Source: a virus
Lineage: Duplodnaviria; Caudoviricetes
DNA: 26,983 nucleotides
Direction: 5' to 3' (one strand)
IMG/VR virus record: IMGVR_UViG_3300008255_000406
Location: 1-26,983 of that record
Shown: positions 25,356 to 26,983 of the stretch, one piece after another
Layout of the letters: every line of letters starts with the position of its first letter
Numbering within the stretch: the first letter of the stretch is position 1
The notes under the pieces: generated by a model
Seen by the model: the letters and a program-made list of their open reading frames with translations, nothing else
Database searches by the model: none
What the model was told of the DNA's origin: nothing
Program-made: the position numbers and the translations under genes

Positions 25356-25793
25356 ATGGAAGATTACCGAGACAGACTAAGATGCTATCTTGATAGTATT
25401 AGTGTTACACCCACCTATTTCGTAGATAATTTGGGATTTAGCAATGGACTTATAAATAATGTATTGAAAAAAGCAAGGCACTTAGGTACGGACAAAATAG
25501 AATATATACTAAATCATTTTGACGACTTAAATGCACGATGGTTATTTACAGGCAAAGGAGAAATGTCTTGGACAAAAGAAGCGATTGGGCATTCACAGGT
25601 TATTGGCACTACAAATGCGTTGGCAAATAGCTTAACCGAAGTTGGAGGTACTGAAATGCAGCTAAAAAAACAAGTAGAAGATTTACGTTATACAATAGAG
25701 GTTCAGCGAGATTTGATTGAAGAGTTAAAGGGTCAGCGTCAGCAGACTAAAGCCGTGTTGGTACTGCTGGTGTATAATGGTAGAGATAACTAA
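25356..25793 (+). CDS. CI-like prophage repressor (HTH plus coiled coil, no S24 peptidase seen)
   Basis: LGFSNGLIN, LNARWLFTGKGEM. Confidence 0.82.
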   Translation: MEDYRDRLRCYLDSISVTPTYFVDNLGFSNGLINNVLKKARHLGTDKIEYILNHFDDLNARWLFTGKGEMSWTKEAIGHSQVIGTTNALANSLTEVGGTEMQLKKQVEDLRYTIEVQRDLIEELKGQRQQTKAVLVLLVYNGRDN

Positions 25794-25808
25794 AAAAAAA
25801 ACCTAAGT

Positions 25809-26108
25809 ATGATACAAGTCAAATTTGATAACCAAGAAATGACTTCTAAGCAATGGAATGATGCCTGGCTATATTCCTATCAGGAGTTCTGTATTTTAAT
25901 GGATGAATACAGCAAAAAAAACGAAGATAAAGAAGCAACCGTTTGGTTCAAAAAAACACCCTTCGGTTCAGCCGGAGATTACCGCCTGTTACCCGAAATA
26001 ATAACCGAAAATCACGAGTTGCAAACTTGGATTTCGGAGCAAATAAACAGGCTTGTTGGCGGCCCTATTTTTAGATTAAATGAGAGCGGTCGCACGTGGC
26101 TTGATTAG
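25809..26108 (+). CDS. Hypothetical protein co-oriented with the repressor
   Basis: 99 aa AT-rich ORF. Confidence 0.6.
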   Translation: MIQVKFDNQEMTSKQWNDAWLYSYQEFCILMDEYSKKNEDKEATVWFKKTPFGSAGDYRLLPEIITENHELQTWISEQINRLVGGPIFRLNESGRTWLD

Positions 26109-26277
26109 GATAAATATGTTCGTCCAGCACCTCGCACAAATCCGTGTAAAATGCTGTTAGATATTCTGCCTTGGGGTTCACATTTTCGGCAAGTGTGTAG
26201 CTCAGTTTTAGCGGTATCGTCAGGGGCTGTTCCACGGGGCTGCCGTCGTGGTTTTTAATCTCGATCGTAAGTGTCAT
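26071..26277 (-). CDS. Hypothetical protein
   Basis: 68 aa. Confidence 0.55.
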   Translation of the reverse strand: MTLTIEIKNHDGSPVEQPLTIPLKLSYTLAENVNPKAEYLTAFYTDLCEVLDEHIYPNQATCDRSHLI

Positions 26278-26301
26278 TGTCAGTTATGTTTAGCAGTAAA
26301 C

Positions 26302-26493
26302 CTAAGCAACAGCAAGGCGTTCGCTCGTTAATAAAGTAGCGTTCAATTGCTCGTTAAAAACCGCCTTGAAATCACCGTCATCAGCGGGCATCAATCGCCC
26401 GTGAACGGTCACGTTTTCGAGGGTTGCTGCCCGCAGTTTTTCAGCGGGTATTACGCTCAGGTTTCCGGTGCTGTCTTCAACTAAATAATTCAT
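26302..26493 (-). CDS. Hypothetical protein
   Basis: Start MNYLVEDSTG at ATG 26493, downstream of a TATCTTTA box. Confidence 0.55.
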   Translation of the reverse strand: MNYLVEDSTGNLSVIPAEKLRAATLENVTVHGRLMPADDGDFKAVFNEQLNATLLTSERLAVA

Positions 26494-26584
26494 AATTAAT
26501 GGGGTTAAATTGGGGGGGATATTTTTTATAAAGATAACACTTTTTTCTAACTTTAAAGTGCCTAACCTCACCGCCCGGTGGCCT

Positions 26585-26950
26585 CCAAAAGTCGGCTCCT
26601 TCGTCGGGTCGGCTGTTGTTGTACTTTTCTAATGTAAAAGTTGTCCTGAAAAGTTGTCCTGACACCAAATGTTCACGTAATTTTTGCAAAAAGCGTCCGC
26701 AATTCCAAAAGTGCAAGTTAGCGGTATTTTTAAGCGTAAGTGGCTCAAAAGTGCCGCTAAAAGCCATTTAAAGCCTATTTAACTAAACACGTAATTAACA
26801 TTTACCTACAAAAAAGGCCACCTAAGTAGCCCAAAAATTAACATCATATTAACCCATAATCAACAACTTGCACTTTTAAGCATTTCGCAACTCGCTAATT
26901 ATTAACAACTTACAAAACCCAACTTTCACTTTTAGAACTACCCCTTAATG
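26585..26950. other. Candidate prophage end with repeated transposase-binding-like motifs
   Basis: AAAAGTGCAAGTT 26707-26719, perfect inverted copy 26865-26877, near copy 26921-26933; AAAAGTTGTCCTGA twice at 26636-26662. Confidence 0.6.
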
Positions 26951-26983
26951 ATAGGATTATTCAAAGCATTAATATTGCTATTT

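Larger units (their letters stand above)
1..26950. mobile_element. Mu-like transposable prophage (left part truncated by the window)
   Basis: DDE transposase next to an AAA ATPase, DUF935 portal, MuF, DUF1320, virion morphogenesis protein, sheath and tube, repressor switch; right boundary approximate. Confidence 0.93.

Overview
The window is most of a Mu-like (transposable) contractile-tailed prophage. The host is probably Bacteroidota, inferred from TAnnTTTG promoter boxes, AT-rich leaders without Shine-Dalgarno sites and an Hc1-type 'histone H1' gene. From right to left it holds: a candidate phage end with repeated AAAAGTG motifs (~26.6-26.95 kb); a repressor/Cro-Ner switch with two operators; a leftward early operon (DDE transposase, AAA ATPase, Gam-like, GemA-like, Mor/C-like); a separately promoted BRO antirepressor unit; a rightward packaging/head operon (terS, terL, DUF1320, portal, MuF with a nuclease-toxin extension, neck genes, Hc1); and a divergent leftward operon (protease, major capsid, sheath, tube, collagen fibre, LytTR) running off the left edge. 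The most unusual content is a dense layer of predicted non-coding RNA and short-motif control. This includes a convergent small RNA at the 3' end of the MuF toxin gene, a C4/CI-like antisense cloverleaf with bipartite targets, two tRNA-like elements in the early operon, G/C-skewed tracts, and a small protein sharing the transposase C-terminal tail motif. All family calls come from motif recognition by eye; no searches were run.
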